The translations under genes and the position numbers were made by a program. A stretch of 64,000 nt of DNA, taken from assembly GCA_036337765.1 (NCBI GenBank), contig JAYZDP010000161.1, positions 3,021 to 67,020 of the forward strand. The letters are read 5' to 3'. Source of the DNA: Acidobacteriota bacterium. GTDB lineage: Bacteria; Acidobacteriota; Thermoanaerobaculia; Multivoradales; Multivoraceae. This document shows positions 55,213 through 63,713 of this stretch, one piece after another. Position 1 is the stretch's first letter. Each line of letters starts with the position of its first letter. The notes under the pieces are model-generated. The model worked only from the letters and a program-made list of their open reading frames with translations, searched no databases and was not told the origin of the DNA.

Positions 55213-56448
55213 ATGAAGCACACACACGTCTGTGTCGGTCTGGTAGCAGTGTTGGCGCTTGGCGCATGTGGTGGTAGTGGCAACGGTGGCTCGGTCGAGG
55301 CCCCGGAAGACGCGACGGTCATGGCGCCGCGCTTCGAAGTGGATCCATTCTGGCCTAAGCCTCTGCCCGATCACATGCTGATCGGTTCCGCCATCGGAGT
55401 GGCGGTCGATTCGCGCGATCATGTCTGGATCGTGCATCGCAACACCGCCGATCAGTTCGGTTCGTTCAACGAGATCGGCCTGGCGCAGGATCCGCCATTG
55501 AGCGATTGCTGCCAGCCGGCGCCGCCGGTGCTCGAGTTCGATCCCGACGGAAACCTGGTCAACGGTTGGGGCGGCCCCTCCCCGACCGGTGAGTACGAGT
55601 GGCCGGCGTCGAACCACGGCATCGTGGTCGATCACATGGACAATGTCTGGATCGGCGGCAACGGCGGTCCCGACGCGCAGGTGCTGAAGTTCACGCGCGA
55701 CGGCAAGTTTCTCATGCAGGTCGGCAAGTCCGGTGCCCGCGACACCGGTGAGGTGGGGGAGAACGACCGCCCGATCTACAAGCGCGACAGCCACTCCAAA
55801 GACAGCTTCGGCCGCGTCGCCAAGATCTCGTTCGACGCCGAGGCCAACGAGATGTACCTTGCGGACGGCTACTTCAACCGCCGCGTCGCCGTGATCGACG
55901 CCGACAGCGGTGAGCTGAAGCGCTACTGGGGCGCGTACGGTGAGGCGCCCGACGACGAGCTCGATCTCGGTCGTTATTCGCCCGACGATCCGCCGGCCAA
56001 GCAGTTCCGCGGTCCGGTTCACTGCGCCGACCTTTCGAAGGACGGCAAGCTCTACGTCTGCGACCGTGGTGCCGATCGGCTGCAGGTGTTCGACAAGGAC
56101 GGTACCTTCCTCGATGAGACGATCATTGCGCCGCACACCCTGTCGCAGGGCTCGACCTGGGACGTGGCCTTCTCGGAGGATCCGGCGCAGAAGTACCTCT
56201 ACCTGGCGGATGGGCAGAACATGAAAGTGCGCGTGATCGAGCGCGAGTCGATGGATGTGCTCTACACCTTCGGCGACGGCGGCCGCCAGCCCGGGCTCTT
56301 CTTCGCCGTGCACTCGATCGCGACAGACTCTAAGGGCAACATCTACACCACCGAGACCTACCAGGGACGGCGGTTGCAGAAATTCGTCAACAAGGGGGTG
56401 CAGTCGGTTCCTGCTGGGAACTGGGGCGCTCCGTGGCCTTCGGGTTAG
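55213..56448 (+). CDS. NHL-repeat six-bladed propeller lipoprotein, PAL (peptidyl-alpha-hydroxyglycine alpha-amidating lyase)-like
   Basis: Lipobox LALGACGG. GSAIGVAVDSRDHVWIVHR, NHGIVVDHMDNVWIG..AQVLKF, LADGYFNRRVAVIDADSGELKRYWG; these parallel the rat PAL domain by eye. Confidence 0.7.
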   Translation: MKHTHVCVGLVAVLALGACGGSGNGGSVEAPEDATVMAPRFEVDPFWPKPLPDHMLIGSAIGVAVDSRDHVWIVHRNTADQFGSFNEIGLAQDPPLSDCCQPAPPVLEFDPDGNLVNGWGGPSPTGEYEWPASNHGIVVDHMDNVWIGGNGGPDAQVLKFTRDGKFLMQVGKSGARDTGEVGENDRPIYKRDSHSKDSFGRVAKISFDAEANEMYLADGYFNRRVAVIDADSGELKRYWGAYGEAPDDELDLGRYSPDDPPAKQFRGPVHCADLSKDGKLYVCDRGADRLQVFDKDGTFLDETIIAPHTLSQGSTWDVAFSEDPAQKYLYLADGQNMKVRVIERESMDVLYTFGDGGRQPGLFFAVHSIATDSKGNIYTTETYQGRRLQKFVNKGVQSVPAGNWGAPWPSG

Positions 56449-56482
56449 CGCGATTAGTGAGGATCGCCGACGCATAGAACTG

Positions 56483-56503
56483 GTCCGCGGGTTCCCCGCG
56501 GAC
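56483..56503. terminator. GC-rich hairpin (9-bp stem, 3-nt loop) in a convergent intergenic region
   Basis: GTCCGCGGG-TTC-CCCGCGGAC, 35 nt after the 55213-56448 stop. No clear U tract. Confidence 0.3.
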
Positions 56504-56700
56504 GCGCGGGATCCCGTCGTGCTCGCGCAGACTCTACGCGCGCCGGGAGCCCTCCCGCGCTGCTCCCCGCGGCGGGCTGTGGTTGCGCTCGGGTGAGGGG
56601 GCGCCCGGCCCCGGAAGCGGATCGTGTCCTTGCAGGGAAGGGACCGGCTGTGACGGGTTTTACGGCCCGGACGTCGGCAGGGGGCTGAGTCGGGGTGGTC

Positions 56701-57111
56701 TTACGGCTTGACGGCGTGGAAGGCGATGGGTTTGAGGGCCGTGGTCTTTGGGGCGAGCTCGAGGTCCCCTGGGGGGATCTCGTTGGCGGCGAGGATGTAG
56801 GCGAGGACGTCGGCCTTTTCTTGGTTGGTCATGCTGCGGGGGGCGGCTTCGGGCATGGAGACGCGGAGACGCTCGTAGAGGTCGCCTACTGTGAGCTCGT
56901 TCCAGGCCCACATGAAGTCACTGCCGGCCAGGGGCGAGCCCATCTCGCCGCCTTCGAGTTCGGGTCCGTGACACTCGGTGCAGTTGGCTTCGTACAGCGG
57001 CTCGCCGCGCTGCGCCTGTTCCTCGGTGTAGATCCCGTCCCACACGGACTCGGGAGCCTGGCTGGCGATGCCGAGGGCGGCGCGTGCACCCCCCGCCGCG
57101 AGGCTCGTGAT
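56701..57111 (-). CDS. Monohaem c-type cytochrome domain (start codon unresolved)
   Basis: WDGIYTEEQAQRGEPLYEANCTECHG...VSMPEAAP (CXXCH plus Met). There is coding-like GC3 upstream to an ATC at 57111-57109, preceded by AAAGGAGG. The nearest canonical start is only GTG 57045. Confidence 0.55.
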   Translation of the reverse strand: MTSLAAGGARAALGIASQAPESVWDGIYTEEQAQRGEPLYEANCTECHGPELEGGEMGSPLAGSDFMWAWNELTVGDLYERLRVSMPEAAPRSMTNQEKADVLAYILAANEIPPGDLELAPKTTALKPIAFHAVKP

Positions 57112-58136
57112 CCTGCGCCTCCTTTCTTGACGTACATCACCAGCTGACGCGGGCCGACCTCGGCGCCGTAGACGTTGCCCGAGGCGTCCGCCGCGACACC
57201 CTCTGCGGCGCTGGTGCCGGCGTTGTCGGGGTCGGGCTCGGGGTCGGGGATAAAGCCGGTGACGAAGCCGTCCTTGGCGGAGGCGATGCGGATGCCGCGC
57301 TTGAAGCCGCCGTTGCGCCGTGTCGACGACTCGGAGTCGGCGACGTAGAGGGTGTCGTTGGCGTCGATGAAGACGCCGCTCGGTCGGCCGAACTGGTACC
57401 AGGTATGGAGGTGGTTGCCGTTCTGGTCGAAGATCTGCAGGCGCTTGTTCGAGCGGTCGCCGACGAACAGACGCCCCTGCGAGTCGAGGGCCAGGGCGTG
57501 CGGGTCACGGAACTGGCCGTCTTCGCTGCCGGTGCCGCCCCAATCCTTGATGAAGGTACCGTCGGCGGCGAGCTTGACGATGCGGTTGTTGCCGCCGGCG
57601 CCGTGACCATCGGCAACGAAGATCGAGCCGTCGGGTGCCACCAGGACGTCGCTCGGGCCGTTGAAGATCGTCTCGCCCAGACCACCGATACCGGCCACGC
57701 CGAGGCTCATCAGCAGGGCGCCGGTTTCGGAGAACTTGTGGATCTGATGACCCCTGTCACCCTCGCCTCGGGCGTCGGTCACCCAGACGTTCGAGTCCTT
57801 GTCGACGTGGATGCCGTGTGGCCATACGAGGATTCCAGCTCCGAAGCTGCGCACTAGCTTGCCCGCCGGGTTGTAGAGCAGGACGGTATCGAGATCTTCC
57901 TTGCCGGCGCAGCTGTTCGCGCCGCAGCGCTCGGCGACCCATATGTTGCCGCTGCCGTCCTGGGCGGGGTAGACGGCACTGGTCGATCCCCAGGCCCGGC
58001 CCGGCGGATCTTCGGCCCACGCCTCGGCCACCTGGTAGGGGTTGGGGGCGTGGTTTTGTGCCGCCGAGGGCACCGCGCCGCTCATGAGGGCGACGACCGT
58101 GAGAGTGATCGAGGCGGCTCGTAGCTCCATCGACAT
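56886..58136 (-). CDS. NHL-repeat propeller, PAL-like, secreted (3' end unresolved; the last ~75 codons overlap the cytochrome c frame)
   Basis: Signal MSMELRAASITLTVVALMSGAVPSAAQ. PHGIHVDKDSNVWVTDA..HQIHKF, FVADGHGAGGNNRIVKL, DPHALALDSQGRLFVGDRSNKRLQIFD. After ...LVMYVKKGG the sequence becomes low complexity. Confidence 0.65.
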   Translation of the reverse strand: MSMELRAASITLTVVALMSGAVPSAAQNHAPNPYQVAEAWAEDPPGRAWGSTSAVYPAQDGSGNIWVAERCGANSCAGKEDLDTVLLYNPAGKLVRSFGAGILVWPHGIHVDKDSNVWVTDARGEGDRGHQIHKFSETGALLMSLGVAGIGGLGETIFNGPSDVLVAPDGSIFVADGHGAGGNNRIVKLAADGTFIKDWGGTGSEDGQFRDPHALALDSQGRLFVGDRSNKRLQIFDQNGNHLHTWYQFGRPSGVFIDANDTLYVADSESSTRRNGGFKRGIRIASAKDGFVTGFIPDPEPDPDNAGTSAAEGVAADASGNVYGAEVGPRQLVMYVKKGGAGSRASRRGVHAPPSASPARLPSPCGTGSTPRNRRSAASRCTKPTAPSVTDPNSKAARWARPWPAVTSCGPGTSSQ

Positions 58137-58714
58137 GGCAGACCTCGCTTCTCGAAGAGATCCGAAAAAGAGAACTGCCACTATAGCTCGGCCCACCGCC
58201 CATGAGGACCGACGCCTCACTCCCTGTCGAGGCTCGGCGGGGAGTGAGGCGATGGACTGTCTAGTTCTTCAGGTGCGCCGTCAGGGGGCGAAGAAGATCT
58301 CGACGCTCAGGCGACAGCCGGCGACCGGATCGCACTGCCCCGGCGGGCCGGTGAAGATGTCGGAGATTTGCTGGCGGACCATGCCTGGTGTGGCGGGTCC
58401 GTAATCGAGGATGTGGAGGAGAACGGTACCGAGTGGCGCGCGAGCAGTCGGAGCGGATCCCTTTCCGTAGTGGGCAGCCGGAGCTGCACCGCTGCCAGGC
58501 GCTGATGCTCGTCCAGCGGGGGCGACCCGCGGATCGCCCCCTCGCTACGGGCGAGCTGAGCGATGCACGTGCCGGCTACGAGAGGCTCGGAATGTCTCGC
58601 TACGGCGGACTGCCCATCGGTTCAGCCGGTTGACGTAGAATCGAACGGTCGGTTCCACGATCGTCGGGCGATCTCGCCCGGTCGAGTTGTGGGCGGCGCA
58701 GGCAGGGAGTGGAT

Positions 58715-60064
58715 ATGCAGACAAAGACTGGGCGGATCTGTTTCTTGGTATTGCTCGGCCTGGCGGTCGTGAGCTCGAACCCTGCCGCAGCGGCGGGGTC
58801 CGAAGATGCCGTAGCCTCGAGCCCCACGTTTGCTCGCGACGTACTGCCGATCTTCCAACGTTCGTGCCAGAACTGTCACCGCCCCGACGCGGGTGCGCCA
58901 ATGTCTCTGCTGACGTACGAGGAAAGCCGTCCCTGGGCGCGCTCGATCCAGAAAAAGGTCGTCGACCGCTCGATGCCCCCATGGCACCTCGATCCCACTG
59001 TCGGCATCCGCGACTACGTAGGTGACCCGTCGTTGAACGACGCGGAGATTCGCACGATTTCCGCGTGGGTCGAAGCTGGCGCGCCTCGCGGCAACCCGGG
59101 CGATGCGCCGCCGCCGGTCGAGTTCTCGCCGCTCGATGCGTGGACCTTCGGCGAACCGGATCTGGTCGTAGACAACCTCCCGGTCGAGATACCGGCCTCC
59201 TGCGAGGATCAGTATCCGAGCCTGACAGTCGACAGCGGGCTGACCGAGGACCGGTGGATCAAGTGGATCCAGTACATGCCCGGCGATCGTCGGGTCGTGC
59301 ACCACTCGATGCAGTACGCCGTTCAGGACGATCCCGGGCTGATCGACGATGAGCTCACGCGTGTAGCGTTGGGCTCAGGACAGGGGGCCATGCTGGTCGA
59401 GTACGCGGTCGGCAATCAGGGCGACTTCTATCCCGACGGCACAGGACGACTCTTGAAGGCGGGCGCCAAGATCCGCTTCTCCGGTCACTACCACTGCATC
59501 GGCGAGGCCGCGACCGACGTCTCGTCGATCGGGATCAAGTTCTACCCCAAGGGCGAGGAGCCGCACCGCCGTGTGATCTCGTTCATGCTCACCACTGGCG
59601 TACCGGACTCGGAGCGGCTCAACGAACTCTCCATCCCACCGAACACGGTCGCGCGGCACGAGCGCTACTTTCGACTCGAGAAGCCGGCACAGATCATCAC
59701 CTTCCAGCCGCACATGCACTATCTGGGCTCGGCGATGCGACTCGAGGTGATCCACCTCGACGGCCGGATCGAGACCCTGACCGACGTGCCGAAGTACGAC
59801 TTCAACTTTCAGATCTCGTACAACTACGCCGAGCCGCCGGTTTTCCCGGCTGGGTCGTTCCTGCACATCACGTCGTGGCATGACAACACGGCCGACAACC
59901 GCTACAACCCGGATCCCTCGTCTTGGATTGGCTGGGGCAGCCGCACCGTCGACGAGATGGGCAACGGCTGGGTCGAGCTCGCCTATATGAGCGACGAGGA
60001 GTACGAGGCGGCGCTCGCGAAGAACAACGGCCACGGGGCGGCCGCGACCGGCGGCGGTCGTTAG
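58715..60064 (+). CDS. PHM/DBH-like type II copper monooxygenase domain with an N-terminal CXXCH module, secreted
   Basis: Signal peptide; FARDVLPIFQRSCQNCHR...MPPW; then VVHHS, GHYHC, QPHMHYLG, DEMGNGW with PHM-like spacing. AGGGAG sits 5 nt before ATG 58715. Confidence 0.7.
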   Translation: MQTKTGRICFLVLLGLAVVSSNPAAAAGSEDAVASSPTFARDVLPIFQRSCQNCHRPDAGAPMSLLTYEESRPWARSIQKKVVDRSMPPWHLDPTVGIRDYVGDPSLNDAEIRTISAWVEAGAPRGNPGDAPPPVEFSPLDAWTFGEPDLVVDNLPVEIPASCEDQYPSLTVDSGLTEDRWIKWIQYMPGDRRVVHHSMQYAVQDDPGLIDDELTRVALGSGQGAMLVEYAVGNQGDFYPDGTGRLLKAGAKIRFSGHYHCIGEAATDVSSIGIKFYPKGEEPHRRVISFMLTTGVPDSERLNELSIPPNTVARHERYFRLEKPAQIITFQPHMHYLGSAMRLEVIHLDGRIETLTDVPKYDFNFQISYNYAEPPVFPAGSFLHITSWHDNTADNRYNPDPSSWIGWGSRTVDEMGNGWVELAYMSDEEYEAALAKNNGHGAAATGGGR

Positions 60065-60092
60065 GCGACGGGCCTTACGGGGGCGGTGGACG

Positions 60093-60869
60093 ATGCGTCG
60101 GGCGGTGAGTGTGGCTTCGGCGGCGATCCTGATCGCCGGCGCTCTCGCCCACCAAGCGGCAGCGCAGGCCTACGGGCAGCCGGTCTATCCGGGCTATCAG
60201 GGCTTCCTCGACAATCCCGATGGCTCGGTGACGATGGTCTTCCAGTACTTCAGTCACGGTCGCGACCCGGTCATTCTCCCGGCCGGCGAGCGCAACCGCT
60301 TCTCAGGGCATGCCGATCGCAATCAGCCGACGGTTTTCGAGCCCGGCAACCACGAGGACGTCTGTGTGATCGTCGTCGAGTCGCGTCAGGAGGCGCACCA
60401 GCTGCGCTGGTTCATCAGCTTTCCCGACAACGAGTGGTCCACCAGTGTCGATCCGCTCAACGCCGAGTACATGCTGACCGAGCGTGCCGCGAAAGAAGCG
60501 CAGCGCGATCTCGATGTCGGAAGTGCTCCGCGTGGGGTCTGCATCGACAAGCCGCCGACGGTGCGGGCCAACCGACTTCGCCGCTTCGCCGAACGCTCCA
60601 GCGGCACGATCGAGAATCTCGCTGCCCACGTCGGCGAGTCGGTCAGACTGAACGGTCAGGCGCGCGACGAGGGCCTTCCACGGGGTAGCACGGTGGAGGT
60701 CGAGTGGAGCCTGGTCACGGGCCCCGCGGCTGCGGACTTCGCGGATTGTGGATCGGCTACAACGACTGTGCGTTTCGCGTCGGCGGGCACCTACGAGCTC
60801 GAGCTCACTGCCACGGACGGCACCGCCTCTTCTTCAGACCGACTGCGCTTCGAGGTGAGCGCCGAATAG
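60093..60869 (+). CDS. Secreted hypothetical protein with a C-terminal Ig/PKD-like domain
   Basis: Signal MRRAVSVASAAILIAGALAHQAAAQA. The C-terminus VRLNGQARDEG...VEWSLVTGP...YELELTATDG is PKD-like. Confidence 0.45.
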   Translation: MRRAVSVASAAILIAGALAHQAAAQAYGQPVYPGYQGFLDNPDGSVTMVFQYFSHGRDPVILPAGERNRFSGHADRNQPTVFEPGNHEDVCVIVVESRQEAHQLRWFISFPDNEWSTSVDPLNAEYMLTERAAKEAQRDLDVGSAPRGVCIDKPPTVRANRLRRFAERSSGTIENLAAHVGESVRLNGQARDEGLPRGSTVEVEWSLVTGPAAADFADCGSATTTVRFASAGTYELELTATDGTASSSDRLRFEVSAE

Positions 60870-60898
60870 GCGCGTCGAGAGCCCGGCGCGGATCGACC

Positions 60899-62086
60899 CT
60901 AACGGAGCTGGTTCTCGTACCACTTGACGTTAGCGGTGGAGCCGCCCGAGGCCACGAGGTCCAGGTCGCCGTCGCCATCCATATCGGCAGCCTCGCAGCG
61001 TTGCGCGGCGATGCCTCCGTCGTCGATCGTGTGCCTTTCCCAACGGGCACCTTCGGCATCGGTGGCGTCGTAGGCGTACAGGCTGGTGCCCTCGCCGCGG
61101 AAACCGGCCACGATCTCGTCAGAGCCGTCAGCATCGAGATCGGCGACGGCGAGGGCATGGGAGAAAACGAGGGAATCGTCGAGGACGCTTCGCTCCCAGT
61201 CCGTCCCCGATGCGGTCGAGCGATAGACGACTACCTGGTTACCGTGCCACGGCTCGGTAGTGGCGAAGAATCGTCGACCGCCAGCGAGATGGCCGAGGGC
61301 GACTTCGCTCGACCCACGGCGTGGCGCGGGGTCGGACTGGTGTCCATCAGCCAACGCCGTTCGCGTCCAGATCAGACCCTCGGTGGTGGAGCGAGCATCG
61401 AGCAGGTGGACACCCTCGTAGCTAGCGGTCAGAACTTCGTGGCGGCCGTCGCCGTCGAAGTCGACGACCTCGATGCCGTGGGTGACCGGCAGAGAATTGT
61501 CGATGGCGTGGCGTGGCCAAAGTGAGTCGAGCTCGGCTGGCACATCGTAGAAGGCCAGCTTCGCGCCGGCCTGGTCGAAGAGCGGTTCCTCGGCTCCCGG
61601 GCCGAGGATTGGCGAGACCACCAGCTCGGGGGTGCCGTCGCCGTCGAGGTCTCCCCAGTACAGCCTGTGAGCAGTCGGATCGGCGCCGATGCGGTGCGTC
61701 TTCCAGGGCTTGTAGAGGTCTTGGCCACGCCGCAGCAGTGTCAGGGTGCCACCGGCCCGCGAGTCGGCGAGTCCGAAGTCCGAGGCCACGGCGATCTCGA
61801 CCCGACCGTCGCCGTCCAGATCTCGGGCGGCGAGAAAAATGTTGCCCTTGGTCTCGCCGGTCAGGGGATGCCGCGTCCAAGTCGGGTTCTGGAACCAGGC
61901 GAGCTCGCGGCCCTGCGCGATCACGTCGTTGCGGCCGTCGCCGTCGACGTCGACGGCACGAACACAGTACGCGCCCGGGAAGTCGGCGGTGATCGTGTGT
62001 TCGGCAAATCCGGGAAACGGACCTTGTGCCAAGGAGGTCGCGCAGACTACGAGCGCGAGTCCGCTCGCCAGAAGTGGTCGATGCAT
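60899..62086 (-). CDS. FG-GAP/VCBS-repeat beta-propeller protein, secreted
   Basis: Start at MHRPLLASGLALVV. Repeated DxDGDG calcium-type motifs (VDVDGDGRND, DLDGDGRVE, DLDGDGTPE, DFDGDGRHE, DLDADGSDE, DMDGDGDLD). Confidence 0.75.
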   Translation of the reverse strand: MHRPLLASGLALVVCATSLAQGPFPGFAEHTITADFPGAYCVRAVDVDGDGRNDVIAQGRELAWFQNPTWTRHPLTGETKGNIFLAARDLDGDGRVEIAVASDFGLADSRAGGTLTLLRRGQDLYKPWKTHRIGADPTAHRLYWGDLDGDGTPELVVSPILGPGAEEPLFDQAGAKLAFYDVPAELDSLWPRHAIDNSLPVTHGIEVVDFDGDGRHEVLTASYEGVHLLDARSTTEGLIWTRTALADGHQSDPAPRRGSSEVALGHLAGGRRFFATTEPWHGNQVVVYRSTASGTDWERSVLDDSLVFSHALAVADLDADGSDEIVAGFRGEGTSLYAYDATDAEGARWERHTIDDGGIAAQRCEAADMDGDGDLDLVASGGSTANVKWYENQLR

Positions 62087-62152
62087 GGCCGGTGACCTTA
62101 GCAGGAGGGCGGCGCTACACTGTCGGCTGCACCCAGCGGAGGAATTAGGTAG

Positions 62153-62986
62153 ATGAAACAAGCGTTGTTCTCGGGGCTCGTCGCAGCATGCATGGTCTTT
62201 CCATTGGTTGCGCAGGTCGAAGTCACGACCGACATCGCCTACCTCCCGGCGGCCAACTATGCCGACGACAAGGACAAGCTCGACGTTTACCGGCCCGATG
62301 GGGCGACTGACGCGCCGGTCTTCATCTTCGTTCACGGTGGCGGCCTGATGCGGGGCGACAAGGAAGGCCAGGCGCACATCGGTCAGTACTTTGCCCGCCA
62401 CGGCTTCGTCACCGTGTGCATCAACACCCGTCTGTCACCTGCCGTCACCCATCCTGCGCAGGCCCGGGATGCGGCCGCGGCCGTCGCCTGGGTGGAGGAG
62501 AACATCGCAGACCACGGTGGTGACCCTGCCCGGATCGCCCTCGGTGGTCACTCCGCCGGCGCCTACCTCGCGGCCCTTGTGGCACTCGACGACCGTTACC
62601 TGAAGGCCGCGGGAACGAGTCCTGCGGCGATCCGGGCGCTGGTGCCCGTGAGTGGCTTCTACTGGGTCGAGCGGCTAGCGCCCGAGCGCGACAAGTCGGT
62701 TTGGGGGAACGACGAGAAGACTTGGCGCGACGCGTCGCCGTCGCGCTACGCCTCGGCCATGGCGCCGCCGACGCTCTTGATCTGGGCCGATGGCGACACA
62801 GACGCCCGACGCAAGGAGAGCCACGACCTGGCGTCGACGCTGCTGTCTTTTGGGGCTGAGCGCGTCGATGCGTCGCAGATCGCGGATCGCAACCACGGCA
62901 CGGTATGGAGCCTGATCGGCTCCGAGGGCGATCCCGCCGCGCCGCGCATTGCCCGCTTCCTCGAGGAGACGCTCGGAGGCCCCTGA
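62153..62986 (+). CDS. Alpha/beta hydrolase (esterase/lipase, HGGG type)
   Basis: Signal-like N-terminus; FVHGGGLMRGD oxyanion motif; GGHSAGA nucleophile elbow. Confidence 0.8.
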   Translation: MKQALFSGLVAACMVFPLVAQVEVTTDIAYLPAANYADDKDKLDVYRPDGATDAPVFIFVHGGGLMRGDKEGQAHIGQYFARHGFVTVCINTRLSPAVTHPAQARDAAAAVAWVEENIADHGGDPARIALGGHSAGAYLAALVALDDRYLKAAGTSPAAIRALVPVSGFYWVERLAPERDKSVWGNDEKTWRDASPSRYASAMAPPTLLIWADGDTDARRKESHDLASTLLSFGAERVDASQIADRNHGTVWSLIGSEGDPAAPRIARFLEETLGGP

Positions 62987-62996
62987 CCCGCCCCCT

Positions 62997-63605
62997 TCAG
63001 CGGATCGAGGGGTGGAGGTAGCCGGCGGGGAGCACCTGCTCAGGATCGACCCGTATCGACAGGTAGCGAATCGAACTCGTGATTTCCTGGAAGCCGTGGA
63101 AGACGCCGGCAGGGATGACGACGATATCGCCCGCTGCGATGGTGCGGCTCTCACCGGTGGAGGTGCTCGCGCTCATGCTCGGTCCCACCAGTTCGGTGAC
63201 CGCGGATGAGTCCTCGGGCCACTCTCGCCCGGCCTGCACCTGTCCACCCGTCATCAGGATGCCGCTTCCTTCCAGCACATAGTAGATTTCGGTGACGTCG
63301 TGATGGACGATGCCGCGCACCGGCCCGCCGGGCTCGGTCTTCATCGCGCCGCGCTGGAGGGTGCCCACGGCGACATTGGTCTCGCGACCGATGTCGACGA
63401 CCTTCGCCTGGAGGTCGACGCCGTCGCCCAGAGCTTCATAGACCTTCGCGATCTCGGTGCTCGTGACGTCGGTGGCGCTGCGCGAATCACCGTCGGATCC
63501 CTGAGCTCCCGCAACCGCGGCCACGCTCGTCCCGAGCCCGAGCCAGATCAGGAATTGGCCCGCGTAATGGTGTCGTGTGGTCGATCGGAGTCGTTGTCTC
63601 GGCAT
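62997..63605 (-). CDS. Cupin-domain protein, secreted
   Basis: Start at MPRQRL with a signal-like region. HHDVTEIYYVLEGSG...GDIVVIPAGVFHGF cupin motifs. Confidence 0.65.
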   Translation of the reverse strand: MPRQRLRSTTRHHYAGQFLIWLGLGTSVAAVAGAQGSDGDSRSATDVTSTEIAKVYEALGDGVDLQAKVVDIGRETNVAVGTLQRGAMKTEPGGPVRGIVHHDVTEIYYVLEGSGILMTGGQVQAGREWPEDSSAVTELVGPSMSASTSTGESRTIAAGDIVVIPAGVFHGFQEITSSIRYLSIRVDPEQVLPAGYLHPSIR

Positions 63606-63713
63606 GCTGGCCTCCTTGCCGGTGTCTGGGTCGGTTGCGAGACCACATGGGATCTCCGCCGGGCGCGACGTGAGACACTCTGTGGTCACCGTAAAAAGGA
63701 GGGTTTGGTGAGG

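Noticed and set aside
57089-57094. The G6 run read as a programmed -1 frameshift heptamer joining the propeller and the cytochrome c.
   Set aside because: In the propeller frame the run reads cgG GGG Gtg, which does not fit the X XXY YYZ phasing. I identified no downstream pseudoknot. An indel or a separate gene is the simpler explanation.
58281-58382. A 33-aa minus-strand ORF (MVRQQISDIFTGPPGQCDPVAGCRLSVEIFFAP) with high GC3, plus apparent coding signal in another minus frame upstream. This could be a relic gene or a small Cys-containing peptide.
   Set aside because: It has no convincing SD. The upstream portion has no start codon and would need a frameshift. The codon-aligned plus-strand frame has equal or better GC3. 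I cannot tell strand or function from sequence alone, so it is only mentioned under the intergenic finding.
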